From Atractiella rhizophila (lineage: Eukaryota): DNA of 64,000 bases. The DNA lies in assembly GCA_021432655.1 (NCBI GenBank), contig MU271367.1, positions 1-64,000 on the forward strand, read 5' to 3'. Shown in pieces: positions 12,618 to 24,144 of the stretch (position 1 is its first letter; each line of letters opens with the position of its first letter). The position numbers were made by a program, and so were the translations under genes. The notes below the pieces were generated by a model. That model was not told where the DNA came from, did not search any database, and worked only from the letters and a program-made list of their open reading frames with translations.

Positions 12618-14856
12618 CTACTTTCCACCATTAAGTATGGTACAGGAAGAACAGGAGAAGAGAAGAGACGCACGAAATGCTCCTTATGGAACGAAAAGTT
12701 GACGTTCGGGTTCGTCGCCCACTTCGCGGACGCCTTAATATTCTTCGCCATTCTAGCCATTGAGAAAGAAGGACGTCAACATTAATAACACGATGAACAG
12801 TAAGGAGTAGGACGCACGGTGAAGGACCACAGAAGAAGACTGCGACTCTGGTCTTCAAGCTGCTCTCCCTGCCCATCAAGTACGCGCCAGATTCAATGCC
12901 GGTCCTAATAGCGGTGAACATCTGAGGGAAGTCGGGACGGCCGAATTGGGTCCTGCTCTTGAGAGCAGTGAGTGCGTCGAACTCCTGACCGGCATCGTTG
13001 ATGGCGAGATTGGCACTGTTCCATTAACAATGAATACAAAATATGGAAGAGGAACGGGACGAGGGACGCACATCTGATCAGCGTTCAACTTTTGGGTCAA
13101 ATAGATCGAGATCCTCAAAAAGTTTTCCGTGGTCTGATTTTCCTCGAGTTGTTTCAACAAGCTCTGGAACCACTCGAAGCTGCCGGCATCCGAACAGACC
13201 CAAACGAACTCCACACGCTTGAGCGCACCCAACCTGTTCTGCTGTTGGCGGTACCAGATGTTCTTCAAAATACTGGCGAACGGAGTGACACCAATACCAC
13301 CTCCGATAAGGATGGCGACCTCGTACTTGAACACGTCTTCTGCTGGTGCGCCGAAAGGACCGTCAATTCTGAGGGCAGGGAGAGGACGGCCAGTCACGCC
13401 GGTGGTGTCGTAGAAATCATTTCCCTTTTCGGAGAGACCCTTCTTAGCATTCTCCGTCAGGGAAGCGGCCAATTGAGCAGTCGCTCCAAGCCTCTCTCCA
13501 AGAGCACGGGTGAAGTCTCCGACCTGACGGATGTGCACGCTGATGTACGGATCATCAGGGGAGGAGGAGACTGTTACAAGAGAGATTTAGCCAAGCCAAT
13601 GAAGGAGAAAGGTGAAAGAGACTGACTGGTGAAGGGATGCCATTGCCAGTGCGAGACTTCAGGAACATTCAGGAAGAGCCATTGACCAGCTTTGTACTTC
13701 ATGCTGGGCTTAACGAATCGAATCTCCATAGCTCCTGAAGGATGCATCAAGACACCAGTCATCTTCGTTTGCCTCCTCGATCGGATCTGGTTATCATTAC
13801 ATCATTTCATGAGACCACAGGATTGAGCGAACGAGATAGAAGGCGTACCACACGATAAACTCTCTCGAAGAAGTAGATGATACCCCACCAAGTGGTGAAC
13901 CGCCAAGTAAAGTAACCAAGGCAAGCCACTGGTTCTCCAGGGAGCGCGCCACGGACGAAGCAACCAGTAGCATGGGTGTAGAGTCCGAGCATGAAGAAGA
14001 AAGCGAGGTGGTGAGTATACCAGAAAGCCTCGAAACATTGTTGCCGAATTTTTTGGTGTGCCGTCTACCATCCCGTGCGCCGAACCGGTGAGCGATCGGA
14101 AGTCCAGTAGGCAAGGGGAAATGAAGTAGGACGCACAGTATACATCAGCACCATGATTACGAGCATGACATGGCCGGTAAATCCTCCTCTGTGTGATTAT
14201 GATTCAACATCACGGTTGGTAAGTGACGAGGTAAAGGCACGTACGGCATGGTGTAGTGGATCTCCCATGCTGTTTCTTTTCGGATTTGAGTCCTCTCGAC
14301 GCTGTAATCTACTGTGAGCTTGCCGTCGTCTAAAAAAAGATGACGGCGTTACTTGATAAAATTGACATAGTGAGCCTGCGGCAGAGTCAGTTGTGAATTT
14401 CGGCGTGAAAGGAACAAAGGGAAATGCGCACGGTGGTATGAACGATGGTGAAGAAGAGCAGGGAATAGGCGATCTGTCTGTGAAACCATAAATTCTCATC
14501 GGCGGGGAACAGCCTGCAACACCCCCGCGTTACTCTCAATCCCAAACTGCATGAAATAAAATGACAAAGACAGACCAAGTAAGGGATGGTCTAACAGCAG
14601 TCACGATGTTTCTCAGCACCGGGATAAGTATGAGGGCTCCGTCGACGCCCAAACAGAGTCCAGCGCCTCTGGAGGACCACACGGAAAACTTGAGGGTGTT
14701 CAATCCAGCGAGCTTGGGGTCTGACGCCTGCTTCCACCATCCGTACGAGAAAATGGCGATGTGGCCAGCGTAGTAGAAGAGGTTCCAGGCGAGCTTGCGA
14801 CCTGTGAATTCGCGTATGTACCACGGCTGTTCCTTGACCACTGGACGAGATGCCAT
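12618..14856 (-). CDS. noxA: NADPH oxidase A (gp91phox-like)
   Basis: SRGAGLCL, ENLWFHRQIAY, QWHPFT, IDGPFGAPAEDVF, GGGIGVTPFASIL, VFFCGP and C-terminal FHKEHF; no EF-hands and no long N-terminal extension, consistent with NoxA rather than NoxB/C. Confidence 0.95.
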
Positions 14857-16107
14857 GTCTGTTATCTTCTATCTTGACGGGTGTGCGAGTTGAGTTGGAG
14901 TTGAGAACGAACGACTTGAAAAGAATGGTCCAGCCTTGTCGATAGAGCTATTCCGACCAGTCGGCTCTGTGAGACTGCTAAGACTGACTGAGGAAATGAA
15001 AGCCTCTAAGGGTGAAAAGAAACGAAAGATTCGAGAAGTCGGTCGTTTTGGGGAACCCACGATGTGGCTACGAACAAGGTTCAAGAGTAGGTTCCCGATG
15101 GCCTCATCCCATTCGTATGAGCCCATAACGACCAGATGCACTTTATCAACTCAGAGCATATACTTCCAATGCGTATCCCTCTCGCCACTCGCTCCAAACG
15201 TCTGGGCAATACTATCACACCATTGGTAGCCTACGCGCCGTCGCCGATCCAGCAACAAGGATGACCGAAAGTGCTCAAGAAAAGAAACAGGAAGGATGGA
15301 TGGATTGAAATTCAATATTCAGGTGCAAGTTCAGCTGATCCGTTTATGTTGTGAGTTGAGAACAATTTTGGTGTCTTGTGTACCATGACGTTTGCGTCGT
15401 ATCTTCGTTCACAACTTCCATGAAGCCGTTGTGTGGGAGACTGCCGCTGGCAGGTTGTTTACTCCTCAGCTCTCTAATATCAAGAAAGTGTAGCGGTAGA
15501 CTTGCTTGAAGTTCTCAACGAAAGTGTGGTTACAATGAAGACTGTTGGTGAGACTTGCCCAACGTCTAAAGCCGAAGAGGGTATAAACTTCTGTCTGAAT
15601 TTGCAAAGCGAAAACCCATGCAACGGCAACATCGTGTATTCAGTTTCCTGTTCTCGCAAATAGTGCGAGCTTTCCACAAAGAAACATAGTAGACACCGTC
15701 TGTGCTGTCAAGATATTAGCACGTAATCGCCTAAGGCAATCCACAATGCGAGGCCTGTGGGAAAAGACGACCTTGTACTGGTAGTCTTCATGGGCCTTTG
15801 AAAAGGACAACCTTGTAACAAATCATCATACTTGCCCCTCTGAGGTCGTCGAATAAAAGGACGTCCTTGCTCTGCAGTCGTTTTGCAACCTTTTCCCTTC
15901 ATGTTCTCTTTGTCTCTCGCTTCTGTAGTGGTAACTAGGCTCTCTGAAGCTATAAATGACGGCAACTTGGTTCATTGCCCTCATCAACACAAAAACCAGT
16001 CTGGCTCATTTCCTAGAAGTTCGGATACAAGTTATCCAACTGATAGTACTCACCATCCGAGGTACACAAGCTTTCTGGCCTTCACGCAAGAGCTCCTTTC
16101 TTTCCAG

Positions 16108-16690
16108 ATGGCAAAGAAAGATCTCACTTGGATCACTGATCCGTTCAAGAATCCTAATTTGATTCCAAGCCCCAACGATAGATGATGTCAGAACGATGGA
16201 ACCCCCAGTCGTCGGCCACCAGGATTGCTTAGCCATCTTCAAGGTCTAGAGGGTTCAGTTGACATTCACTTGAGAGTCGACAACTATTTTACTGGGCGGT
16301 CGTGTGGAAGTGGGGCGAGTGGGCCGCATTATTTCTTACTCTTTGCTCCATGTCGTGCAGGATCGGGGACCTGAACATCATCATACCAACTAGGGACTAT
16401 CTCCCAAAATCATCACTCCAGAATCTGGGACCTACCCATTGACGTTCTTCCACCTCGGAAGCCTGCAGGACAGACTCAAGCTGACGGACCTTGCCGAACG
16501 CATCCCTCCTCTTCAGCCAGTCGAGAGTTTGAATTTGATGAACGTGGTGTGGCCGCCATGGCCAGAACCAGCTGTTTTCCATTGCCGGATCTGGATCAAA
16601 GAACTTCTAGCCCAAGCCGTCCGGGTTGGCTATTTTACTCAGGCCTCCGTCGATGAGGCAATCACTGATGCTGAAGCTCTGCGAACCTGA
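16108..16690 (+). pseudogene. Degenerate hypothetical gene; C-terminal exon has an F-x-C-R-x-W-x-K-E motif
   Basis: ORF 16439-16690 (…LAERIPP…VFHCRIWIKELLAQAVRVGYF) looks protein-like; upstream frames contain stops and I could not assemble a clean gene. Confidence 0.3.
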
Positions 16691-16886
16691 TCGCATGCAC
16701 AAGGACTTCAGGATCAGGCTGTAGGTCTCATGCAGTCGCGGTAAGGGGTCTGTATGTTCCTGGGGGATGTCTCCTGAGATGGCAATAACAAGCAGCATAC
16801 AGTGTGATGATCTCCTCATTTGCTAGCAGAATGATGATTATTATTTCTAAACAAATGAACATTCCATGCACCGGAGAACAGAACTA

Positions 16887-18780
16887 TCATGAATATAAGT
16901 GAAGTGGTGTTATGGAAGAGGGATCGGTGTAGCGAGGAATCCAACCGTCCTGATACCTGCGACCGTGCCAAGAGCTCATTCGATCGTAGACTACCTTTTG
17001 ACAAACCTGGACCCAATCCTTTATTTCCTGTTCCTCCTGAGAACCCAAGGCATCATCCACGAATGCCGTCAAAACAGGAGTCTCCTTGCTGAGCATGAGC
17101 TTTACTGCTTGTGCTGCTTCCCAAAAATGAGGATAAAAGCCAAGTGTGTCCCAGTCAATAATCGCCACTACCTTTCCGTCTTTAACCAGGACGTTGTCAG
17201 CAACCAGATCACCGTGGCAGAGCACTGCTGAAGGTGGAGATGTAGAAAACTCGATAAGACTACGTGGCATTTCAAGGAACGGATTGTGCGGTATATCCCA
17301 CTGATCTTTCCAATAATCTTGGAATTGTTCGTAAAGATGCAATCTATGCGTCAACGGAGGATCGAAAACACGGTTGTTATAGGCTTCCCCTGACCAAGAG
17401 CAAAATGGAGGGTCTGTGGTATAAGAATGTCCCAATTCCACGAGTTGCCTCTTACAGTCGACCAGAAAGTTAACAAACTCATGTACAGATGCAACTGAGG
17501 TTTTCAAATAGTCCGGATAAAAAGATTCTAGCGCGTCGTTCTCCACAAAATCCATGACGATGTAAGAATTGTTCTCGTGGACAAAGGCAGCGTACACCCG
17601 AGGAATAGGTATGGTGGTTTGTGATCGGACAAACTCCATCGCTGAGGCTTCGAGAGGGGCTTTCTGAGAGTTGAGGGTACACTTGACAGCCCTATCTCCT
17701 AGTCTAAAAATGCTGCAGCCCCCGCGCAGGTTGATCTCCTGAAGATGTTCGATTTGAAAGAGGATATCTCGTATGTAATTCGTTGTCGAAGTAGCGGGGA
17801 GCCAGTGTTGGATGTTGATCCTCTTTGAGTGACCTTCCCTCGTTAACTGTAACTGTACAAGTGAGGAAAGCGAACGCGATCGCCTGAGACGGCTCTGGTA
17901 CTGAGTCGGCAGGTTCAGGGCATGGAACTCAGATGAAAGGGTTGCAACGATTTGCCAATGTTCGGAACAAAACTGGGTCACGCGGGGTAAATCCTAGAAA
18001 CCCGATCATGAAGGAGTCGAGAGGAACCAGTTGGTATCGACTTGCCGATTCTTGAAATCCCCAAATGCATTGAAAAGTAATTTGGCGCACACGCAAAAAC
18101 GTAACGGGAAGGATGGGAAGGATGTTGCCATTCTCTCCACGCAAGTCCGAGATAAACAGTCAGATCTACAGCACCAAAGCGCAGTAACAGGCTCACCTCT
18201 CGAAATGAATTCGTTTTAGATCTGATGAAGTGACAAGCCAGTCCACCTGACAATCCTTAAGAGTACTGTAATCGGCATAGCAGAGGCCGTCAGAATCAAA
18301 TTTCAAGCACCCGCCAGAATGGCCAGAGTTTGCAGGAACATGATCCCAGATGTTATAAAAGCGTAAAGCTTTCATCCTCTGCTATCTGTTCAGTAAATCT
18401 AGCTCCAGCATCAGCAAAGAAGATACTGACAGCGCAAGCGTGGGATCGATAGGTGCTACCCCTGCTCTCTTCCCCTCTGGATCCTCTTCTGACACTTTAT
18501 CTCGTGGCTCAGCAGCCTTTTGGGTGGATAATATAGTTAGGCGTTGTATACTTTGTCCCGATGAAATGGAAATTCTGCTTGTTCTAGTATTCTTTGTTCC
18601 TCGTTCGGAACCTAATATTTTCGACAATGAACGTGGACCCTGTCTGATGTTGGCATCAATTTAGATAACTTTGTAGTCTTTGTGCTTGTTAGCGGAGGGA
18701 CCTGAGACGATCATTGTCAATCAGATCTATAAAGTGAACGAAGGTAAATACAATGAGACTCACCTGAGACCATCATCGTC
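16887..18780 (-). CDS. Aminoglycoside phosphotransferase (APH)/choline-kinase-like protein with an uncharacterised N-terminal region; 5' end uncertain
   Basis: ORF 16887-17981: AVK, EASAMEFVRSQTTIPIPRV, YIVMDFVE, Brenner motif HGDLVADNVLV, IIDWD. Upstream same-strand ORF pieces (17929-18627) and a candidate ATG+GTGAGT donor near 18765-18777 suggest further exons, possibly with stops. Confidence 0.8.
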
Positions 18781-18906
18781 GATGCAGATGGGTCTCAGGG
18801 AATATGTGCTGGAACCTTATCTGTGAGTGATGGACCAACCATAAAACTCCAACTCCAACAGTGCTATGTTGTGCTCCTTCTCCTTCGTTTCTGTAAATGT
18901 TTTGCC

Positions 18907-19260
18907 ATGAACTTAGTCTTTTTGCCTAGGCGAGTTGAGAAGCATGCTGAAGTGTTCAAATCCATCGAATTACGTTTTTCAAGCTTGTTGATACTTTAAA
19001 CAATGTCGAATCGTGCTTGCATGGTGTGTTTTACAGCTCTCCACCATCTATTGCTTGACATATGTTCGACGTGGGCTATCTATTACTTCTGCTCTGTCGA
19101 AGTTTCCGTGTTTCTGGATGCCGACAAGTTGGCCAAGTTCTTTGCAGACTTTGCCCTGGAAAAACGGAATGAAGACACTTCTATGGCATGGGTGGAGGTG
19201 ATCTGCTTTCATTTCACGAATGTTGAGTCATAATTGGCCATTGAGATTTTATTTAAGGAT
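18907..19260 (+). pseudogene. Truncated, frameshifted paralog of the orphan gene at 28189
   Basis: Aligns by eye with 28189-28530: MNLVFLPRRVEKHAEVFKSIE vs MTSVFSPRLVAKHVELLKSIE; FLDADKLAKFFADFALEKRNEDTS..FTNVES vs FMDADKLTDSLANLAPAEWNKDTS..FTNIKS. Homology stops just before the transposon. Confidence 0.75.
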
Positions 19261-19485
19261 AAACCTATTCGTCGCCCCTAGAGGCATCACTTCCTATTTG
19301 GCACCCCTAAAATTGACCAAGAAAACAAACGGAACTTTCTGTGCAATGGTGCGTAACTGGCTTGTGGAGCAAGTTGACATTCATCAATATTTAATGATCC
19401 AGAAACTCATTTTCGATATAGCACGCCTGCCTACCGTTCGACCTCCTCAGTGTCCTCCAAGTCCGCTCCTCATCATGAAGCCAGG

Positions 19486-22400
19486 ATGGATTCCCTCCCA
19501 TTTCCTGCCCTAGGAGCACCCCTCTTCAGAATGGCTACTTGACATATCATTGATCTCAGCAAGCCTCCATCCTGCCAGCAATTACTCTTTCAGGCCTACT
19601 TATCCAGTCCCGCTATGACACGCTTCTCCTCAGAGTTCTTGTCAGGACTCACGTTTCAAAATGCTGCCCTCCTATCCTCTCACATTCTCCCTGAACGACC
19701 CATGGGAATGGTCAACATTGCAGCTCAGACGCCAAGTCAAGGTGCATGGGGATCAGAGGTGCCAGTTGAGATAGAGAGTTGTGAGGTCTTGGAGGGGGAA
19801 GGCTGCTTTGCACGAGCAGATATTGACTCAATCTTCTTTGAGATGGAGGACCGATTTTCTTGTGGGTATCGTTCTGTACGAGTACTGCTAGAGGGACAGC
19901 TGCAAGAATGGCACTTTTGCAAAGTTGCTTAACTCCATGCAGCCGCCGCATGTTCGTACCCTCCTTGAGCGAGCTAGTGGCATTGCTTCTGCCATTAAAC
20001 ATGTGCTTCTTCGTTCACATTACCAGCTCCCTGTCTCATCCTACGTCACCTTGGACCAACTTGGGTGTCTGTGGGGTGAAGAATGGCTCACAGATTCAGT
20101 TTTGGATGCTTATACCGAGTCGCTTTCCTTCAAGAATTCAGCTTTCCTGCCATCGCACTTCTGGACGTTCCTGGAGAGCCATGATAAAGAAGTTTGGCAG
20201 AGCTGTCTTCTGAAAGACCTTATCGATTCTAGACAACAACTCCAGAATATTTGCTTTGCAATGAATGTTGGAGGAACTCACTGGACTTCTGTCGCCTTAT
20301 CATTCAACGGAGAGGCTCACGCAACTTGCCTTTTCGGTTGCTCACTTGGACAAAATCCCACGCTGCCCTTCCTATCAACGATCAACAAGCTTCTTAGCTT
20401 TCTTCAATCTCCTTCAATTTTCAACCTAGCACAGGTGCAAACTTTAGAATGCCCTCTTCAAGGTACCGATTCTGGAAGCTGTGGCATTATTATGATGAAC
20501 ACACTTAAGTGATGGGCTTCAAAAGGTGATGGCCACGATGTGATACACCGCTTTGGCAGCAAAAGTCAATCAGAGGAGTTTAGGATCCCCATGTTTGAAC
20601 ATCTGGTGATCATTATCTTACACCAGATCAGCTCATATGCCATCTTTCTTAATAAATCCTTTCAGTAACAAAAAAGCCGGTTTCAAGCGGATTAACCTGT
20701 GACCAATCACCTGTTCCAACTCCAACTCCTGCCTGCACACCAGCTTCCTCACCAAACACATCCAAGGGGCACGAAAGTGTGCACCGGAGGGGTACTGCTT
20801 CGCCTTGACAAGGACAAGGACAAGGATGCAAGCAAGTGGCTTTGGAGGATGTCAAATTGTACAAGCTTGAAGATGACAAGAAGGATCTGCTTGTGGTGGA
20901 GGAGATAACAGACGTTCATGATGACCTCCCTACCATTGACGAGTTAATGAAGGTCGCATTGGAAGAGTCCTTAAAGCATAGTAAGTCTTTTCAGTTATCA
21001 GTCTTCTAAATCTTCGCTTGAGCATGCTATGATAGTAGATGACAAGAATTTGACGAGAGACATGAAGATTACAGCCTCATTCACACCTCTGTTTCATGAA
21101 GTGGCATGTAGTCCATCGACTCTAGCCATCGATGCCTCCTCCCCAACTCTGATTCAGCTTAATGACTCCTTTCCAACCTTTGATGCTGGATTTGCAGCTG
21201 TCAGAAAGTCAGTACAAGCTCTTGGTCATGAAGTCATTCGTAGAGAAAGCATTCAAAAAAATGGAGAACAGAAGAAACTCCAGCTGCTCTGCGCTTGCTC
21301 ACGATCCAGGAAGCGCCGGCATCAATGGCCCAGAAGGAGTTTCTCACCAACCTTGTTGCTCAGGTTCCCAATATCGATCGTGCAACAGCTCGCAAGCTTG
21401 TTTCCTCTGAATTCCCCCAGGAACCCAAATTACGTCCATTTCAGGTCACGAATATTCTGAATAGAGCACGAAGAGTGGCCGCTGCAGAAATCAAATGACT
21501 AGGTGGTGATGTAAATGCAGTGATGGAGAGGCTGTTGAAATATCAAGAAGAAGATCCTCGATGGGTGGTGAAGTTGTATCTGGATCCTGTCTCCTCTCTA
21601 TCCTCTGTGATGTTTGTGATTGATGGGCATGGACATGGGTGTCGAAGCAGTTTACATGTGGGATGCGAACAAATGGAAGAATCGAATCTGAGAACCGCCT
21701 CAATCGAGTCTTTGGCAACTACAAGACGACACTTGTTCGAATAGTGGAGGAGTCGAATGACAGGACAAAGGAACAGTATGAGAAAGACATAATGAGTATT
21801 CGAGCTGCATCCCGAAAGCAGCATCAACCTCAGCTTGAGCAACTTTTTCACCTTGTCATTCAACAGCTCCATGACTATTCTACTATTGATGCTATTCAGC
21901 GTGAGTACCAAGAACTGGAGAATTCGATGTTCTATACTGCAAACTCTCCAGGATCTGCTCTTTCAAGTTTCCCAGTTCAATCCAACAATGTCACTCCTCC
22001 TCCAGAAGCTGGTTACGGGATGTTTGACAGCTTTGAAGACGATGAACAGCGGTTGGGTTATGCTCATCTGGTTGAGTGTTTACAAGAGCAGGATATGGAG
22101 GTAGAACGAGTATTTGAGGTTAGACATCAAGCAACAGGTGCTGTTCATTATCTGATCAAGACGGGAGATGGCACGTTTATCTGTGATTGCATGCAAGGGC
22201 AAAATTTGGGTCTACCATGTCGGCACTATTGGACGACATTTCAAATCTTTCCAGCCGATGTCTTCTTTCACATCTCACTTCTCAATTGGCGCTGGATCCA
22301 ACGGTCAGTTACTCACCTCCGACGAATTCCTTCTTTGTCGCTCAATGCCATCCTTGATGTTTCTACTCCTTCTCCAACAACAGCTATGCTGCTGCAGGAC

Positions 22401-22958
22401 CATGTACAATCGCCACGGAACACCTTTTTGAATGACCGCTCTGTCACCCCTCCGCCTACCACTCAAACCCTACGTCGACGTTTTATCTACCATCAAGCAA
22501 CAACGGCGATGAAGGAAATCCTCAACCAAGTCTCTACTGAAGCTGAGCTTGCCAGCTTGATGGCAGACCTGAACAAGCTGAGGTAGGTCTTTGCCCCTCT
22601 TAGGAACCAGTCAAGGCTCATGACCATTTTTAACGTGATAGGACTGTAAGAGAACCTGTTGTGGATGTACGAGTGCGAGATCCTGTTCCTATTCTGGGGA
22701 AGGGAAGGCCGTCGAAAAAGAGACTGGCTGCTGCCATTGAAGGTCTTTCCAAGAAGTCCAAGAAGGTCAAACTTACACTTGCTACACAGCAGCTCATCAG
22801 CAGCATCTCCAACCACCCTCCGATGTCGGCTCAGACACAACCAGTGCAGTGGAAAAGCTTGCAAGTCTTGTGGAGAGCCGGGTCACTATGCGAAGATGTG
22901 TGGAAGGCTACAGCAGAGATGGGCTCCTATGCAGAAGAAGCTTGATCATAATGTGTGA
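19486..22958 (+). mobile_element. Decayed Mutator-like (MULE) DNA transposon ORF: Ulp1-like C48 protease + truncated FAR1-like region + remnants of the MULE core + SWIM finger + zinc knuckle
   Basis: 19925-20512 EEWLTDSVLD..LPSHFW..NVGGTHWT..LQGTDSGSCG (Ulp1-like); DPRWVVK; WAWTWVSKQFTCGMRTNGRIESEN (post-DDE MULE motif); SWIM CDCMQGQNLGLPCRH; VRDP..GKGRPSKKR; CKSCGEPGHYAKMC. In-frame TGA at 19540 and 20510, several frameshifts and deletions. Element termini not identified. Confidence 0.85.
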
Positions 22959-23194
22959 TGTTTAGGTGCTTAAGTTATTGATTCTTTCTTTCACGGAGTC
23001 CTATTATCTTGTTCTTTCGGGTAGAAACATAACGTGCAATAACAATTTGACGTGAGCGCAGAGCAAGACGCATCTGAAGGAGTCAAACACAAACAGAATA
23101 TGACTTCATTTTGGGTGGGGCAGCATCATTATGCACCACCCCTGTGAGGATATTTTGACAATGAACCTCCTGCATTCTGCACCTATTGTACACT

Positions 23195-23289
23195 GGACCT
23201 GGTCCATGGTATAATGGTGATCAAATTGCTGTCTACAAGGCAATGAACTACCTACCTGGTCCACAGTGTTGTAGTGGTCAAATTGCTGT
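23195..23289. repeat. Imperfect direct repeat, 57-bp period
   Basis: ACCTGGTCCA..TCAAATTGCTGT at 23197-23232 and again at 23254-23289. Confidence 0.8.
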
Positions 23290-23386
23290 GGAACCAGAGC
23301 ATGACCCTAACCATTGGTTCTGTAAAGCTCCATATTACATCTTCAGGAGACTGATTCTCCCACGACATGTCCCAAGTTCTGCCATC

Positions 23387-24144
23387 GAATCCCAATCACT
23401 CTCCGTCATGAGAGCAAAGAGATGGGATTTGTTCTGGATTCCCCAATCGAGTGTAAGCAGTGAAATGACAAGCAAATCGATTTCATTATTTCAAGTGAAT
23501 AAAGTAATGAACATACCTGGATTCCCCAATCGAGTGTAAGCAGTGAAATGACAAGCAAATTGATTGGGGAAAAGATTTGAAGAAAACAGGATAAGTCTTT
23601 TATAGTCCCGGCAAAGTGGCGAAGTGCCCACATAAAACAAACACCACAAAACTCCACAATCACGTACAAATATGGAAGACACGTTACAACAATAAGACAA
23701 AGAGGAAGAAAAATATAAGAACGTCTAATAAGAACCACTAATTCTAACAAGAGCCTTCAGGAAAGTATTGGCAGCTGCATCATGTGAAATCCATTTCTGA
23801 TGGGTGGTCATCTTAGAAGTAAAAGAGGTTGCATTTTCCTTCAAACCACCTGCAAAAGTAGGAAGTTCTGGTTTAGGTATACCTCCACTCTGTTGGATTA
23901 TGATCTTTCACAAGGCTTTCCCAGCTGGTGGTTGTTGGTCTCTTCACTTCGTTCTAGTTATGTCTCACATCTCATATCTTCCCGCACTTAGCCAACACCG
24001 TCCGCTCATATATACCTCCTCTTCGTTCACCGGATTCCCCATCGTCTTCCATCATCGATTGGGGAATCCAGGTTTGTCTTTTTCTACATAGTGTTTTGCA
24101 TTTGCTGATCATCTTCCACCATCGTGAACGATTGGGGAATCCAG
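23387..24144. repeat. Cluster of direct and inverted CTGGATTCCCCAATCG motifs, including a 44-bp exact direct repeat
   Basis: Forward at 23434 and 23517 (44-bp identical units) and ~24032 (one base short); reverse at ~23562 (partial), 24056 and 24129; degenerate pair at 23387/23421. Confidence 0.9.

Noticed and set aside
16887..17981. Horizontally acquired antibiotic-resistance gene
   Set aside because: APH-like kinases are a common expanded family in fungi; nothing here indicates bacterial origin or aminoglycoside specificity.
23434..23560. CRISPR-like repeat-spacer reading of the 44-bp repeats
   Set aside because: Only two units, eukaryotic context, no cas genes, and the motif also occurs inverted.
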